NCBI RefSeq assembly: GCF_009914755.1
Contig: NC_060932.1
Source: the human T2T-CHM13v2.0 reference genome, Homo sapiens
DNA length: 64,000 nt
Strand: one strand, 5' to 3'
Part shown: in pieces, positions 63,096 through 64,000 of the stretch
Position numbering within the stretch: position 1 is the first letter of the stretch
How the letters are laid out: every line of letters starts with the position of its first letter
Translations under genes and position numbers: made by a program
The notes under the pieces: generated by a model
Database searches by the model: none
What the model was told of the DNA's origin: nothing
The model's input: only the letters and a program-made list of their open reading frames with translations

Positions 63096-64000
63096 TTAAA
63101 TATTTGAACAGCAATACAAAAGAAATATCTTATTTTTACATTTGGAAGTTTAAAACTTTATTTTCTTTCCATATCCCTAGAACTAGTCCTAAGCTCTAGG
63201 CAATTCGGACCAATCTAAAAGAAACTATTGTGTGTTAAACATGACTGAATGTTGAGTGATGGTTGAAGAGGCCAGGTGTCAGATTTGTGTTTGGCACAAG
63301 CCTCAAAGGAGGTATTTAGCTCACTTTGTATCTTCATAGTACAGAGTTTTGGCTGTTTCCAAGTAGTATATAGTTTTTGGATAAATGGTGTTGAATGTAG
63401 GCAGTTGTTTACAATGCTATGTCTACATCATGTGAAATCTCCAGATATCTGTAAGCAAACAGCAATCTAAGGGAAATTTTCTGCTTTTTCCTGGATATTT
63501 GACATCATGTAGTCTAAATCTGGCAGTCTCCTAAATACATGTCTTCTTTCAGAATTCTATATTCCATGTTTTTCTCATATTACAACAGCAGCTAAGACAT
63601 GTCAGTCACTCTCCTTGTTCTTGGAGCTATAGTAGCTCTTGCAAGTGAGGTTGATTTTGATGTATGATAAGATTTCTAGACATTTCAAGGGGATAGTATA
63701 ATAGCTAACATGATTCAAATTATAGTTTCATCCTATCATGGGAACTATATATTTTTAAATAGAAAAAGTATAAAGAATATTATTCACCATAGTTTGTAAA
63801 TAAAATCTGTATGGATAGATGTATTGTTTCCCATAAGAGTTATGGTCACATTAGTAAATGGAGTGATTCTAGTTCTATAAAGCTGTAGTGAATTATTGTA
63901 ATTTTGTGCTGCCTTAGCAAGCATTTTGAATATAAGTTGGACTTCCTCATACAAAAAGCAAGGCTTAGTTGCCCTTAACATAATAATAGTTTCCAGCTCT

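Overview
Primate (almost certainly human) genomic DNA, AT-rich and very Alu-dense (roughly 55 Alu copies or fragments). One CpG island at ~17.4-19.05 kb holds the promoter and non-coding first exon of a minus-strand gene, with splice donor GCCGG|GTAAGT at 18069/18068. From memory of the mRNA 5' leader I recognise this as RB1CC1 (FIP200, autophagy scaffold); no database check was possible. Bases 1-18068 are then intron 1 and 18.5-64 kb is upstream intergenic DNA. No protein-coding exon is supported: nearly all ORFs in the track are Alu, L1 or GC-island artefacts. Other content: L1M/L1MA, L2, MIR, MER20 and MER97-like DNA transposons, a MER21-like LTR, a MER4-group (MER65-like) provirus and a 34-nt U2 snRNA retrocopy with TSDs. 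Repeat family names are recalled from consensus sequences and boundaries were placed by eye. Best leads: (i) two uORFs plus a perfect 15-bp stem in the exon-1 leader; (ii) an Alu insertion carrying an inverted ~145-bp copy of DNA from ~1 kb away inside its TSDs; (iii) a provirus that appears to end in U5 at both termini; (iv) a distal ~48.4-50.8 kb domain where old Alus have kept their CpGs. I see no evidence of a wholly new multi-gene system.
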